64,000 bases of DNA, taken from NCBI GenBank assembly GCA_026399415.1, contig JAPLQZ010000213.1, forward strand, positions 2,738-66,737, in the 5' to 3' direction. Below, piece after piece: positions 11,913 to 21,973 of the stretch. A program made the translations under genes and the position numbers. Numbering within the stretch: the stretch's first letter is position 1; every line of letters starts with the position of its first letter. The stretch comes from Rhodocyclales bacterium (GTDB lineage Bacteria; Pseudomonadota; Gammaproteobacteria; Burkholderiales; Rhodocyclaceae). The notes below the pieces were generated by a model. That model was given only the letters and a program-made list of their open reading frames with translations, had not been told where the DNA came from and ran no database searches.

Positions 11913-11993
11913 GACTTTGTCGAAGCCACGGCCTATAACAATCCACAGTACGAACACTGCCGCACCTTCCCGACGGTCTACTGGAGATGAACG

Positions 11994-12680
11994 ATGACAA
12001 ACAATTCGAAACGCTGGTGCAACGCCCTTTTCGGCGCAGTAGTGGTTGTGGCTGCCGGTTGCAGCAGCCTGAAGACACCGGCGACCGCCGATGTCGCGGA
12101 CGCCCAGCGCCAGACCCTGCTGGCCCGTGGCAATGCCGCTGAATCCCGGCGCCAGACCCAGGCCGCCGAAAGCGACGCGGACGAAGCCCAGCGCCAGACC
12201 CTGCTGGCCCGCGGCAATGCCGCTGAATCCGAGCGCCAGATGCAGGCAGCACAAGCACGTACCGCAATACTGGAAGTGCAGTTGGCCGATCTGGCTGCAA
12301 CACAAACCGCACGTGGTCTGGTCATCACTCTCGGCGACGTGCTGTTTGGCACCGACCTGGCCCGCCTCAATGCGGATGGAATGCGCACGACACAAAAGCT
12401 GGCCGATGTCCTGCAACGACATCCGCAACGGACAGTGCTGATCGAAGGCTTTACCGACAGCACGGGATCTGCTGCACATAACCAGGAACTGTCGGAGCGT
12501 CGCGCTGACGCAGTGCGCGGTGCCTTGCAGGAAATGGGTGTGGCGCATGACCGGATTGCAATCCGCGGCTATGGCGAAACCCATCCGGTCGCCGCCAATG
12601 ATACGAAAGAGAATCGCCAGTTGAACCGGCGCGTCGAAATTGTATTTTCCGGTGACGGCGGATTGATTTCACAGCGCTGA
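11994..12680 (+). CDS. OmpA-family lipoprotein with repeated coiled-coil segment
   Basis: Lipobox AAGC; EGFTDSTG..NQELSERRA..NRRVEI. Confidence 0.9.
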   Translation: MTNNSKRWCNALFGAVVVVAAGCSSLKTPATADVADAQRQTLLARGNAAESRRQTQAAESDADEAQRQTLLARGNAAESERQMQAAQARTAILEVQLADLAATQTARGLVITLGDVLFGTDLARLNADGMRTTQKLADVLQRHPQRTVLIEGFTDSTGSAAHNQELSERRADAVRGALQEMGVAHDRIAIRGYGETHPVAANDTKENRQLNRRVEIVFSGDGGLISQR

Positions 12681-12778
12681 CCACGGCCGGCTGTGCCTGA
12701 AGCCGACCATACGGCCTGACGACCCGCCGCTGATCCGAGATCCTCCGGAACCGCGCTGCCGCCTTATTCCTGTATGCC

Positions 12779-13720
12779 ATGGACATTGAAAAGCAATCTG
12801 GAATGGGCATCTGGTTCCACCTCGCCCAGATGGCGCGCATGGTGTTCTGGCTGTCGCTGGTCGGACTTCTGCTGCTGCAGGTATTCGGCGGCAGCGATTC
12901 GGCCCAGCAGAAACGCGATGTGCTGATCGATCAGCTCCAGAACGAGCGCAGGTCGCGGGTGATCGCGCTGATCCATCGCCAGGAAAGCCGCAGCATCCTC
13001 GGCGTGCCGCTGTCGAGCGACATCAACATCGAAGACTCCGAAGCAGTCCTGCGTGCGATCCGGCTCACACCCGACGACCGTCCCATCGATCTCGTTCTGC
13101 ACACGCCGGGCGGGCTGATCCTTGCTGCCGAACAGATCGCCAGGGCGCTGGTCGAGCGCAAAGGCAAGGTCACGGTGTTCATCCCTCACTACGCCATGAG
13201 CGGCGGCACCCTGATCGCACTCGCCGCCGACGAAATCGTGATGGACCGCAATGCCGTGCTGGGGCCGGTTGATCCGCAGATCGGCAACATGCCGGCTGCC
13301 TCCATTCTGCAGGTCCTCAAACTCAAGAAGGCACAGCACATCAGCGACGAAACGCTGATATTGGCCGATATCGCCGCCAAGGCCCGCATCCAGGTCGCCG
13401 GCTTTGTCACCGACATATTGAGCAAGCACATGCCGGGAAACAAGGCGGCCGAGCTGGCGGTGGTGCTGAGCGAAGGACGCTGGACGCACGACTTTCCGAT
13501 CACCGTTCAATTTGCAAAACAACTCGGCCTGCCGGTTACGACCGAGATGCCGCGCGTGGTGTATGAACTGATGGACCTGTATCCGCAAGCGAATGTGCGT
13601 CGCCCCTCGGTGGTCTATGTGCCGATCCGCAGCCTCGGCGAAGGCAAGGGCGAGCTTGCTCCTCCCGGCCGGACCGTTCCCGGTCCCAGCCAGAGTCCAG
13701 CTCAGAATTCCGGCAAGTAG
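12779..13720 (+). CDS. SDH-family ClpP-fold serine protease
   Basis: LHTPGG, YAMSGGTLIALAADEI, LGPVDPQ, WTHDFPI. Confidence 0.85.
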   Translation: MDIEKQSGMGIWFHLAQMARMVFWLSLVGLLLLQVFGGSDSAQQKRDVLIDQLQNERRSRVIALIHRQESRSILGVPLSSDINIEDSEAVLRAIRLTPDDRPIDLVLHTPGGLILAAEQIARALVERKGKVTVFIPHYAMSGGTLIALAADEIVMDRNAVLGPVDPQIGNMPAASILQVLKLKKAQHISDETLILADIAAKARIQVAGFVTDILSKHMPGNKAAELAVVLSEGRWTHDFPITVQFAKQLGLPVTTEMPRVVYELMDLYPQANVRRPSVVYVPIRSLGEGKGELAPPGRTVPGPSQSPAQNSGK

Positions 13721-13798
13721 TCCGGGTGTCGGGCAAGCGCCGGAACACGCCTGGTCACCGTATCGCCAGCGCCGACTCTTGCAGCTGCGGGCGCGTTC

Positions 13799-14962
13799 TC
13801 AGTCGCCCAGCAACTCGGCCACCGGCTCAAGCTCCTCGACGTGCTGCGCCACCACCTTCAGAATGACGATGATGGGAATGCTCAGCAACATGCCCCAGAT
13901 ACCCCACAGCCAAGCCCAGAACAGCAGCGAGACGAACACCGCGGCCTTGTTCATCCTGGCGATCCTGCCGGTCATCCAAGGAGTGACGAAGGAGCCGACG
14001 AAGGTCGCAATCGCCAGCGAAACGCCGGCGACCAGCAATGCCGTCGACACGCTGTCGAACTGCATGAAGGCCGCCATGCCGAGACCGGCGGCAGTGACCG
14101 CCGGGCCAAAGTAAGGGACGACGTGCAGCAGGGCTGCGGCCACTGCCCAGGCACCGGAATTCTCCAGGCCGAACCAGCGCAGCGCGATCCAGGTCAGCGC
14201 CCCGACCAGTACATTCGTGGTCAACAGCATGAACATGTAACGCTGGATGGATTCGTTGATGTCATCGAGGATGCGCACCGTGATCTTTTTGCTCGACAGC
14301 GAGGGCCCGGTGACTCGCACCAGCTTTCTCTTGTAGGTATCGCCCGACAGCAGCAGAAAGAAGGTCAGGAAAAACACCATCGACGCCTGGCCGATCAGTC
14401 CCGCAGCCCCCATTGAACGCGCCCACAGAAAGTTGTCGAGCTTGAAGCCCGGCGCGTCGACCACGACATGTGTCGCCGGCTGTCTGGGCGGCGCCGACAT
14501 GCCCGCCGCCTGGCTGGTCGCTTTCTCGATTTCGCTCGCCGCCCGTTGCACCTTCTGCATGGCGCTGGCCTGACCCTCGCGCAGACTGGCGAGTCCGGCC
14601 GACAACTTGCTTGCCGCCGCGGGCAGCTGTTCGACTATGGTCTGCATCTCTCCGCGCAGCGAGTAACTTCCCAGCCCGAGCACGCAGACGACAGCCGTCA
14701 TCACCAGACCGGTACCCAGCGCGCGCGGAATTTTGATTCGCTCGAGCCATGCCACCAGGGGATTCAGGGTGTAGGCGAAAAGAATCCCGAGCAGCAGCGA
14801 AATGAAAAAGCTCTGCGCGGACTTCAATGCGAATACCACGGCGACCGTCGCCAGGATGGTCAGCGCCAAACCCCGTCCGGGCCCGAACACCACGACCGGG
14901 GACGGGGCCGCAGCCGGCTCGCCGGCCGGAGCCTCCGATTCAGGAGTGACGATTGTTGTCAT
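13799..14962 (-). CDS. AI-2E family transporter
   Basis: Multi-TM; [22 protein letters not shown]. Confidence 0.88.
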   Translation of the reverse strand: MTTIVTPESEAPAGEPAAAPSPVVVFGPGRGLALTILATVAVVFALKSAQSFFISLLLGILFAYTLNPLVAWLERIKIPRALGTGLVMTAVVCVLGLGSYSLRGEMQTIVEQLPAAASKLSAGLASLREGQASAMQKVQRAASEIEKATSQAAGMSAPPRQPATHVVVDAPGFKLDNFLWARSMGAAGLIGQASMVFFLTFFLLLSGDTYKRKLVRVTGPSLSSKKITVRILDDINESIQRYMFMLLTTNVLVGALTWIALRWFGLENSGAWAVAAALLHVVPYFGPAVTAAGLGMAAFMQFDSVSTALLVAGVSLAIATFVGSFVTPWMTGRIARMNKAAVFVSLLFWAWLWGIWGMLLSIPIIVILKVVAQHVEELEPVAELLGD

Positions 14963-15884
14963 CGGTTTCCGGTCCGGCGCAGACGGGCAGCCCTGCGTGC
15001 CGCAGGCTGCCGAACCACAGCGCGTAGTGCCGCGTGAATTCGGCACCGAGAAAGAAAATCTGTGCCGAGTAATAGACCCAGAGCAGCAGGGCGATCAGCG
15101 ATCCGGCGGCGCCAAAGCTCGATGCCACGCCACTGTTGCCGAGATACAGGCCGATTGCATATTTTCCCAGGCTGAACAAGCCGGCCGTAAAGGCAGCGCC
15201 GATCCAGACATCGCGCCACGACAGCGGAGCATCGGGCAGGGTCTTGTAGATGATTGCAAACATGCAGGCTATGACGCCGAAGGAAATGAAAGACGAGATT
15301 GCCGCGATAGCCGCGGCGGAACTTCCCGCCATCCCATGCGCATAGCGTTCGAGAATCGCCAGCGAGGCACTGACGACGAGAGAAACGAGCAGCAGGAATG
15401 CCAGCACAAGCACCAGGCCGAAGGACAGGAGGCGCGTTCTCAAGAGCAGGCCGAAGGGTGATCTGCACGGCTTGCCGATACCCCACAGCTCATCCAGGCT
15501 GCCCTTGAGTTCGGCAAAAACGCTGGTGGCTCCCAGCAGCAGCAGGACGCTGGCGACGAGCGTCGCGACCATTCCCGAGGCAGGATTTCGCGCCGCGGCC
15601 AGCAATGCCTGAATCGCCTGCGCGCCATTCGGCCCGACCAGGTCTTGCACCTGGGAAACGATCTCGCCCTGGGCTGCTTCGGCGCCGAAAACATAGCCGG
15701 CGACGGCGATCGCCAGCACCAGGATGGGTGTCAGGGAAAACAGGGTATAGAAGGCCAGTGCCGCGCCTTTGCTGGCGGCACGGTGATCGACCCAGGAGAT
15801 CAGCGACTGGACCAGAACCATCTTCAGACGCCTTATCCAATGGGTTGGGGCCAGCAGCAGGTAATCGAAGAGTCCGCGGGACAT
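14940..15884 (-). CDS. YihY/BrkB family membrane protein
   Basis: [38 protein letters not shown]. Confidence 0.9.
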   Translation of the reverse strand: MSRGLFDYLLLAPTHWIRRLKMVLVQSLISWVDHRAASKGAALAFYTLFSLTPILVLAIAVAGYVFGAEAAQGEIVSQVQDLVGPNGAQAIQALLAAARNPASGMVATLVASVLLLLGATSVFAELKGSLDELWGIGKPCRSPFGLLLRTRLLSFGLVLVLAFLLLVSLVVSASLAILERYAHGMAGSSAAAIAAISSFISFGVIACMFAIIYKTLPDAPLSWRDVWIGAAFTAGLFSLGKYAIGLYLGNSGVASSFGAAGSLIALLLWVYYSAQIFFLGAEFTRHYALWFGSLRHAGLPVCAGPETDDNNRHS

Positions 15885-15914
15885 GGTTTGCCTCGCAACT
15901 CAGGGCTCGGGCGC

Positions 15915-16124
15915 CTAGCGAAACTTGGTCAGGGTTTGCTGGATCAGTCCGGCTTTTGCGCAGGCCTGGTGCAGCAGTTGATTCAGATCCCGAACGGAGT
16001 CGTAGGCGTCGCCATGCGTTTCATAGCCCAGTCTGCGCCCCATTTTTTGAGCAACGGCGAGCAACGCAAACAGTTCTCCGGCAGTTTCGCGCCTTTCTCC
16101 ATTTTGCGTCTGGTCGCCTTGCAT
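15915..16124 (-). CDS. Small hypothetical protein
   Basis: 69-aa ORF with GAGG RBS, co-oriented in the operon. Confidence 0.5.
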   Translation of the reverse strand: MQGDQTQNGERRETAGELFALLAVAQKMGRRLGYETHGDAYDSVRDLNQLLHQACAKAGLIQQTLTKFR

Positions 16125-16160
16125 GATGAAGCACCTCTATCGACGGTGACATGACAGGTA

Positions 16161-16209
16161 TCCCCGGACGCCGCCCGGGGATATTCCCTGCGGGTTCAAC
16201 CGCAGGAAT
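16161..16209 (-). terminator. Tandem hairpins downstream of BON gene
   Basis: atccccgg..ccggggat and cctgcgg..ccgcagg stems. Confidence 0.4.
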
Positions 16210-16212
16210 GCC

Positions 16213-16527
16213 TTACTTGACGCGAATGTCGTTCTTGACCGACTTCACGCCACGGACGCCGCGTGCCAGATCGCCCGCCTTGGAAGCCGAAGCCGGAGCG
16301 GCGACAAAACCGCTCAACTGAACTACGCCTTTGAACGTCTCCACGTTGATCTCGAAAGACTTCAGAGTAGGCTCCTCGAATATGGCAGCCTTGACCTTGG
16401 TGGTGATGACGCTGTCGTCGACGTACTCGCCGGTTCCCTCCTGGGTCGACGTGGACGCACAACCCACGACGGAAACCAGAGTAACGGCTAGGAATGCTGC
16501 AGAAAGATAGTTTCTGAGTTGTTTCAT
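16213..16527 (-). CDS. BON (OsmY-like) lipoprotein
   Basis: Lipobox VVGC; GEYVDDSVITTKVK..INVETFKGVVQLSGFV. Confidence 0.92.
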   Translation of the reverse strand: MKQLRNYLSAAFLAVTLVSVVGCASTSTQEGTGEYVDDSVITTKVKAAIFEEPTLKSFEINVETFKGVVQLSGFVAAPASASKAGDLARGVRGVKSVKNDIRVK

Positions 16528-16686
16528 GGTTGGCTCTCCAAATGTAAGTTGAACAGAACTTCCTGGTCCGATTTCGAGCTGCGCAATTTGCGCAGTTCTA
16601 TGGACAGAGAACCGAGCCTGGCAGCACTCAAGCGGCCCGTGTTCTCGAATCCCCGGTTCAGAATAGTCATAACAGTCGGCGCTGAC

Positions 16687-16702
16687 GGTACGGTGGCGCA
16701 CA
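16687..16702 (-). promoter_or_regulatory. Operator TGTGCG-CCAC-CGTACC (minus strand); -10 TATTCT starting at 16665
   Basis: Motif with fixed-spaced -10 upstream of the BON gene. Confidence 0.72.
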
Positions 16703-16754
16703 TAGCGAAGCGGGGAACCGCGTGAGCCAATCCGCGATAAACGGACCGGCTGTT

Positions 16755-17042
16755 CTACTTCCTCGACACCGGTCCTTTGCTGAACAGGCAATTCTTCAGT
16801 TCCCTGGAAAAGCGCTGATCGGTTCGCCGGATCCACTCCATCAGCATGGCTGCGTGCTCCTTTTCCTCGTCCCGGTTGTGTTCGAGAATCGCCTTGAGTT
16901 CCTTGTCATGGCAAGTCTCGGCGCGCTGGTTGTACCAATCAACCGCTTCCAGCTCTTCCATCAGGGAAACAATTGCTCTGTGCATGTCGCGTGCTGCAGT
17001 GGACAGTTCTTCAACGGGCTCGTGATAACCGACGCTGGACAT
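16755..17042 (-). CDS. Encapsulated-ferritin (EncFtn)-like protein
   Basis: YHEP..RDMHRAIVSLMEELEAVDWYNQRA..HNRDEEKEHAAMLMEWIRR. Confidence 0.9.
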   Translation of the reverse strand: MSSVGYHEPVEELSTAARDMHRAIVSLMEELEAVDWYNQRAETCHDKELKAILEHNRDEEKEHAAMLMEWIRRTDQRFSRELKNCLFSKGPVSRK

Positions 17043-17055
17043 TTCATTCTCCTGA

Positions 17056-17283
17056 TCAAGTGGACCGCTTCGGGTCATAGTCCTTGTTGTGCTCCCGCAG
17101 GAAGCGCGTGAGCTGATGCTCGGCCTTGTCTTTTATTTCGCCGTAGGCACGCTGTGCCTTTCCTGCCAACTCGACCCGCTTGCCGGCTATCACGTCGAGT
17201 CGATTGTCGGTAAGCCTGCCCCAATGCTTTCTTGCCTTGCCCTTGAACTGCTTCCAGCCGCCTTCGACGATATGCCAGTTCAT
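17056..17283 (-). CDS. CsbD family stress protein
   Basis: MNWHIVEGGWKQFKGK..WGRLT..G. Confidence 0.85.
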   Translation of the reverse strand: MNWHIVEGGWKQFKGKARKHWGRLTDNRLDVIAGKRVELAGKAQRAYGEIKDKAEHQLTRFLREHNKDYDPKRST

Positions 17284-17374
17284 GCCGGACTCCGCGGGAT
17301 CTTTTCGGCGTCAGGCATCCTTGCCGAAATTGTCGATTCAGTACTCATCTCATTCGCATGGGTGGAAACATCCA

Positions 17375-17650
17375 TCAACGGCGACTAAGGACAAAAGCGG
17401 TGATAAGTCCCGCCGCCGCCGCTACCCCGAAGACCTTCCAAGGGTTCTCCTGAACGTACTCGAACGTCGAGTCTGCGGTCCTGGCGGCCTTCCTGGCGAT
17501 CGCGATTCGTGCGTGATGAAGCCTGGAGCTTGTCTCGCCCAGCCTTCTTTCGATCCTGGCACGCGCCGCGGAAAATTCTTCGTTGCTGCATTTGACCAAT
17601 TGCTGCAACAGCTCGTCGCCATCGGCGACCAGGCCTTTCAAATCTGTCAT
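17375..17650 (-). CDS. DUF883 / ElaB-YqjD family tail-anchored protein
   Basis: EYVQENPW..GVAAAAGLI..LSRR. Confidence 0.85.
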   Translation of the reverse strand: MTDLKGLVADGDELLQQLVKCSNEEFSAARARIERRLGETSSRLHHARIAIARKAARTADSTFEYVQENPWKVFGVAAAAGLITAFVLSRR

Positions 17651-17795
17651 GATTTTTCCTTTTTGTCTGCGATGGTTTCATTGCTTGCGGCAATTTTGGC
17701 ATTCACGGTGCCTCCTGCTGCGGCCAGCTGGACGGGTCATTCCCGGCACAGGCCCTCCGCTGCCTCGCATCCTGTTCCTCGACCGACATCCTCTC

Positions 17796-17811
17796 TGTGC
17801 GGTGCCGTACT
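17796..17811. promoter_or_regulatory. Operator TGTGCG-GTGC-CGTACT; minus-strand -10 CAGGAT at 17774
   Basis: Lies between divergent DUF883 and DUF3309 genes. Confidence 0.65.
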
Positions 17812-17977
17812 CATCGGCCGCCGCTCGCCGGCGCATTGATGAACAACCGGCAGAAGTCGCGCCGGGAGTGCGCTGGCAGACAGACTGCTGCTGCCGTTTG
17901 AGTAGCCTTGCGGTGTCGGGCCTGGCCGGATTCCTCCGCGACGCTTCGTGGCCCCCACTTGCTGTCAGGAGTTTTCA

Positions 17978-18127
17978 ATGTCGTTGGGAACAGTTCTGTT
18001 GATTGTCGTTGTGCTGCTGCTGACCGGTGCGCTTCCCGCCTGGCCACATAGCCGGAAATGGGGCTACGGCCCCAGCGCCGGTCTTTGGCTGGTGTTGATG
18101 ATCTTGTGCGTTCTGTGGCTGATTTGA
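17978..18127 (+). CDS. DUF3309 family small membrane protein (not in ORF track)
   Basis: MSLGTVLLIVVVLLLTGALPAWPHSRKWGYGPSAGL..; AGGAG RBS. Confidence 0.9.
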   Translation: MSLGTVLLIVVVLLLTGALPAWPHSRKWGYGPSAGLWLVLMILCVLWLI

Positions 18128-18155
18128 AACTTGCGGCTGCAGAAAGGCATCTCAA

Positions 18156-18171
18156 TGTGTTCCAGCGCACA
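18156..18171 (+). promoter_or_regulatory. Operator TGTGTT-CCAG-CGCACA
   Basis: Upstream of the BON-cls operon. Confidence 0.55.
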
Positions 18172-18300
18172 GAGTCCGGCGGCCGCAAAGCGGATAAAGC
18201 ATTTATGCGTAAAGGATCAAATGGTGTCTGCTAATTGGCCTGCCAACCAGTTACGGAATAATTTCTCGGCAATGCGAACACGTTTTATAAAGGAACCAAA

Positions 18301-18756
18301 ATGAAAGCCTCAGGAAACCTCAAATTGATCGGCATTTCGATGCTGCTGGTTGCCGGACTTGCGGCGTGCGACAAACCCGGCCCGGCAGAGGCTGCCGGCA
18401 AGAAGATAGACCAGACGGCGGAAGCCGCCGGGAAGAAGATAGAACAGACTGCGGAGGCCGCCGGCAGGAAAATCAATGCAGCAACCGAGAAGGTCGGTGA
18501 AAAGCTGGGTGAGCAAGGCGTGAAGGCAGGTGTCGCCATTGACGACGCCGAAATTACAGCCAAGGTCAAGGCCGCCATCTTTGCCGAACCCGGCCTGAAG
18601 ACCCTGCAAATCAGTGTCGATACCGTAAAAGGCGTCGTGACATTGAGCGGATCGGTTGATTCGGAGCCGAGCAGCGACCGGGTCAAAGTACTGGCCAGTG
18701 CCGTTGCCGGCGTGACCAGGGTTGAAAACCGGCTGGTGCAGAAGACGTTCAAATAG
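18301..18756 (+). CDS. BON domain lipoprotein
   Basis: Lipobox LAAC; GPAEAAGKKID repeats; IDDAEITAKVK..GVVTLSG. Confidence 0.9.
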   Translation: MKASGNLKLIGISMLLVAGLAACDKPGPAEAAGKKIDQTAEAAGKKIEQTAEAAGRKINAATEKVGEKLGEQGVKAGVAIDDAEITAKVKAAIFAEPGLKTLQISVDTVKGVVTLSGSVDSEPSSDRVKVLASAVAGVTRVENRLVQKTFK

Positions 18757-18791
18757 GAAGGTGTCGTAGCCAACCTGTCAGGGGCAAGATC

Positions 18792-19079
18792 ATGGATTTG
18801 CAAGAAGCATACAAGCAGAAGATGGCGGCGCAGCTCAAGGAATGGAGCGCGCAGATTGATTTGTTCGAAGCCAAGGCGGAGAACGCCGGGGCTGACATGA
18901 AGGTCAGGCGCGCCGAGGAACTGGATGGATTGCGTGCCAAACATCGTACGGCACATGAGAAATTGGGGGCTCTGGAGAAGGCCAGCGGTGAAGCATGGGA
19001 ACAGATCAAGGAAACCGCCGACAAGATCCGGGAGGACCTGAAAACCGGCATGGCTGAGGCTCGTGCCCGGTTCATGTGA
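18792..19079 (+). CDS. Coiled-coil small protein (sll1863-like)
   Basis: AYKQKMAAQLKEW..SGEAWE; paralog at 59391. Confidence 0.75.
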   Translation: MDLQEAYKQKMAAQLKEWSAQIDLFEAKAENAGADMKVRRAEELDGLRAKHRTAHEKLGALEKASGEAWEQIKETADKIREDLKTGMAEARARFM

Positions 19080-19155
19080 CCTGCAGGCGACGAACGCTGC
19101 CCTGAACCGACGGCAGACCCGGACATTTCTTCAATCTCTTCGAGAGGCCTGAAAA

Positions 19156-19389
19156 ATGAACCTGAAACTGATACTGATACTTGTTCTGTCCAGCCTCGCC
19201 GTGATGTTTGTCGCCCAGAACATCGCTCCCGTCGAGATTGGCTTCCTGTCCTGGCAAACATCGATGTCGACTGCGCTATTGATATTCTTCGCATTGATGG
19301 CCGGGTTCATCCTGGGTTGGTTCGTGCATGGTTATCTTTTGTATCGAAAGTCCAGGAACGACAAAGGTGAGTTGGTCTATTTGCGTTGA
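19156..19389 (+). CDS. LapA/DUF1049 family membrane protein
   Basis: FVAQN..V.IGFLSW..LLIF..G motif. Confidence 0.8.
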   Translation: MNLKLILILVLSSLAVMFVAQNIAPVEIGFLSWQTSMSTALLIFFALMAGFILGWFVHGYLLYRKSRNDKGELVYLR

Positions 19390-19461
19390 GCCGGATCTCC
19401 GGCTTCGCCTCGCCCGGTGAATTCGCGATAGCCGACATTCCACGTATGTGACAGGCGAACA

Positions 19462-20850
19462 ATGTCAAGTCGCGCGATCAAACCTGCTGCGCTGATTGGT
19501 CTTTGCCTGCTCGCCGCAACGGGTTGCGCGACCTTGCCGGACACCGATGCGCTGATTGAACGGCACACCGGCCAGGCCGCCAGATTTGAAAGCGCGAGCG
19601 GGCCGGTTTCGGCGCGGAAAAGCGCTGCCATTATTGCGAAATTGAAACGCAAGTCCGGCGACCTCGACATACTGGACAAACAGATCGCGCTGGAGCAGGC
19701 GATCGTCGGCAGCCCTCTCAGCCTGGGCAACAAGGTCACTCTGCTGCAGGATGGCGCAGCGACCTATCCGGCCATGTTTGCCGCCATACGCAAGGCGCGG
19801 GACCACGTCAACATGGAGTCCTACATCATCGAGGACGACGAGATCGGCCGGCAGTTCGCGGATCTGTTGCTGGAGAAGCAGCTCGCAGGCATTCAGGTCA
19901 ACCTGATCTACGACAGCGTCGGCGGCTTCAATACGCCGAAAGCATTCTTTGATCGCCTCACCGCCGCCGGAATAGCCGTGCTCGAATTCAATCCGGTGAA
20001 CCCGTTCGCCGGCAAGACGCCCTGGCTGATCAACAATCGCGATCATCGGAAAGTGCTTATCGTCGACGGGCAGACCGCATTCATCGGCGGGATCAACATC
20101 AGCAGCGTCAATTCCGCGGGATCGGTCGCCAGGCGGCCCGCGAAAGTGGCGGGAGATGGAGTGACTTGGCGCGATACCCACATTCGGATCGAAGGCCCGG
20201 TAGTCGGCGAAGTGCAGAAGCTGTTCATGCAAACATGGGAAAAGCAGCGCGGAAAACTGCTTGCCCCAAAAGCATATTTTCCCGAACTGAAGGCTCAGGG
20301 AAAGGAAATCGTGCGCGCCATCGGCAGTACGCCCGACGATCCCTATAGCCTGATCTACCTGACGCTGATATCGGCAATCGGAAACGCCGAGAGGCAGGTG
20401 TATCTGACCAACGCCTACTTCGTTCCCGACCCCCAGTTGCTGAAAGCGCTGGTCGATGCCGCCGGGCGCGGTGTCGATGTGAGGCTGCTGTTGCCGAGCA
20501 AGTCGGACTCTGAAATGGTGTTTCACGCTGGACGCTCGCATTATTCCGGTCTGCTCGATGGCGGCGTCAAGATCTACGAGCGCCGCGGGCGACTGCTGCA
20601 TTCCAAAACGGCAGTCATCGACGGCGTCTGGTCTACGGTAGGGTCGGCCAATCTCGATTGGCGCAGCTTTCTCGACAACGACGAGGTCAACGCCGTGATT
20701 CTGGGGCGCGAATTTGGCCAGCAAATGCAGACCGTATTCGCCGCGGACCTTGAAGCTTCAGAGGCAATCGACCCGGAGAAGTGGAAGCGTCGGCCGCTTT
20801 TATTGCGGCTCAAGGAATGGATCGCACGAGTCTGGGGGCGTTTGCTTTAG
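19462..20850 (+). CDS. cls: Cardiolipin synthase / phospholipase D (ClsB-like)
   Basis: Two HKD motifs (RDHRKVLIVD, LHSKTAVID), GSANLD. Confidence 0.9.
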   Translation: MSSRAIKPAALIGLCLLAATGCATLPDTDALIERHTGQAARFESASGPVSARKSAAIIAKLKRKSGDLDILDKQIALEQAIVGSPLSLGNKVTLLQDGAATYPAMFAAIRKARDHVNMESYIIEDDEIGRQFADLLLEKQLAGIQVNLIYDSVGGFNTPKAFFDRLTAAGIAVLEFNPVNPFAGKTPWLINNRDHRKVLIVDGQTAFIGGINISSVNSAGSVARRPAKVAGDGVTWRDTHIRIEGPVVGEVQKLFMQTWEKQRGKLLAPKAYFPELKAQGKEIVRAIGSTPDDPYSLIYLTLISAIGNAERQVYLTNAYFVPDPQLLKALVDAAGRGVDVRLLLPSKSDSEMVFHAGRSHYSGLLDGGVKIYERRGRLLHSKTAVIDGVWSTVGSANLDWRSFLDNDEVNAVILGREFGQQMQTVFAADLEASEAIDPEKWKRRPLLLRLKEWIARVWGRLL

Positions 20851-20851
20851 C

Positions 20852-21970
20852 ATGAGCGACACCGGCAAGACATCTCACGACGAGGGGCTCCGCCCGGCGG
20901 AACTGCGCCTGAACCGGTACGCACGACTGGCCGCGGTCTTGATCATCGCGCTCGGCTGCTATCTTGTCTTGTATCCGTTTGTTCCCGCCGTCCTGTTTGC
21001 CGCGGTAGTCTGTTCCGCAACCTGGCCGTTGTATTTGCGGCTGCGCAAGGCTCTTTGGGGTCGGCCTGCGCTCGCGGCGCTGGTGATGACGCTGCTGCTG
21101 ATCGTGCTGGTGATCGGGCCCACCGTGCTGCTGGCCGCAAGCCTCGCCGACGAGGTAACGGCCATGGCCGAGGCCGCCAAGGCGATGCTGAATGCCGGCC
21201 CAATCAAGCCGCCCGCCTGGGTGCGGAAAATCCCGCTGGCGGGAGAACTGCTTGCCGACCAATGGCAACGACTCGCGTCCGGCAACGATAGCCTGTCCGC
21301 GCTGTGGAAGAGCCTGCTGGAACCCGTACGCAATTTCCTGATCGGGGCAGGCAAGGCCGCAGGCGAGGGCTTGCTGCAACTGACGCTGGCGAGCTTCATC
21401 GGTTTCTTTTTCTACCGTGACGGCGAAGCATTGATGATTGCCGTGCGCAAGGCGCTGGACCGGATCGCCGCCGGACGGGGAGACGAGTTTCTGCAGACGA
21501 TCGACAACAGCGTGACCGGGGCCGTAGTTGGCGTTTTCGGGACGGCGCTGGCGCAGGCGCTGGTGGCTTTGGCCGGATTCGTCATCGCCGGCGTTCCCGC
21601 CGCCTTTTTGCTTTCCGTGGCGACCTTCTTCCTCTCGATTGTTCCGGTCGGGCCGCCACTGGTATGGGGCAGTGCTGCAGCATGGCTGGCCTATGACGGG
21701 CAAATGGCTTGGGCGGCTTTCATGGTCGCGTGGGGTTTCTTCGGCATCAGCACCATCGACAATCTGGTCAAGCCGTATCTCATCAGCCGCAGCAGCAAGC
21801 TGCCAATGCTGTTGGTTGTGCTCGGCGTGTTCGGCGGCGTGGTCGCGTTCGGTTTCATCGGCCTGTTCATCGGCCCGCCGGTGCTGGCCATCGGGCTTAC
21901 TCTGATACAACTCTGGATCGCAGGTCGTCACCAGCCGGCAGCGATGCCGGTTGGGACAGCGCCTGTCTAG
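20852..21970 (+). CDS. AI-2E family transporter (YdiK-like)
   Basis: Multi-TM; DNLVKPYLI, FGFIGLFIGP. Confidence 0.88.
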   Translation: MSDTGKTSHDEGLRPAELRLNRYARLAAVLIIALGCYLVLYPFVPAVLFAAVVCSATWPLYLRLRKALWGRPALAALVMTLLLIVLVIGPTVLLAASLADEVTAMAEAAKAMLNAGPIKPPAWVRKIPLAGELLADQWQRLASGNDSLSALWKSLLEPVRNFLIGAGKAAGEGLLQLTLASFIGFFFYRDGEALMIAVRKALDRIAAGRGDEFLQTIDNSVTGAVVGVFGTALAQALVALAGFVIAGVPAAFLLSVATFFLSIVPVGPPLVWGSAAAWLAYDGQMAWAAFMVAWGFFGISTIDNLVKPYLISRSSKLPMLLVVLGVFGGVVAFGFIGLFIGPPVLAIGLTLIQLWIAGRHQPAAMPVGTAPV

Positions 21971-21973
21971 AAC

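Noticed and set aside
19446-19461. ATGTGA-CAGG-CGAACA before cls
   Set aside because: Left arm is out of register and the site abuts the start codon.
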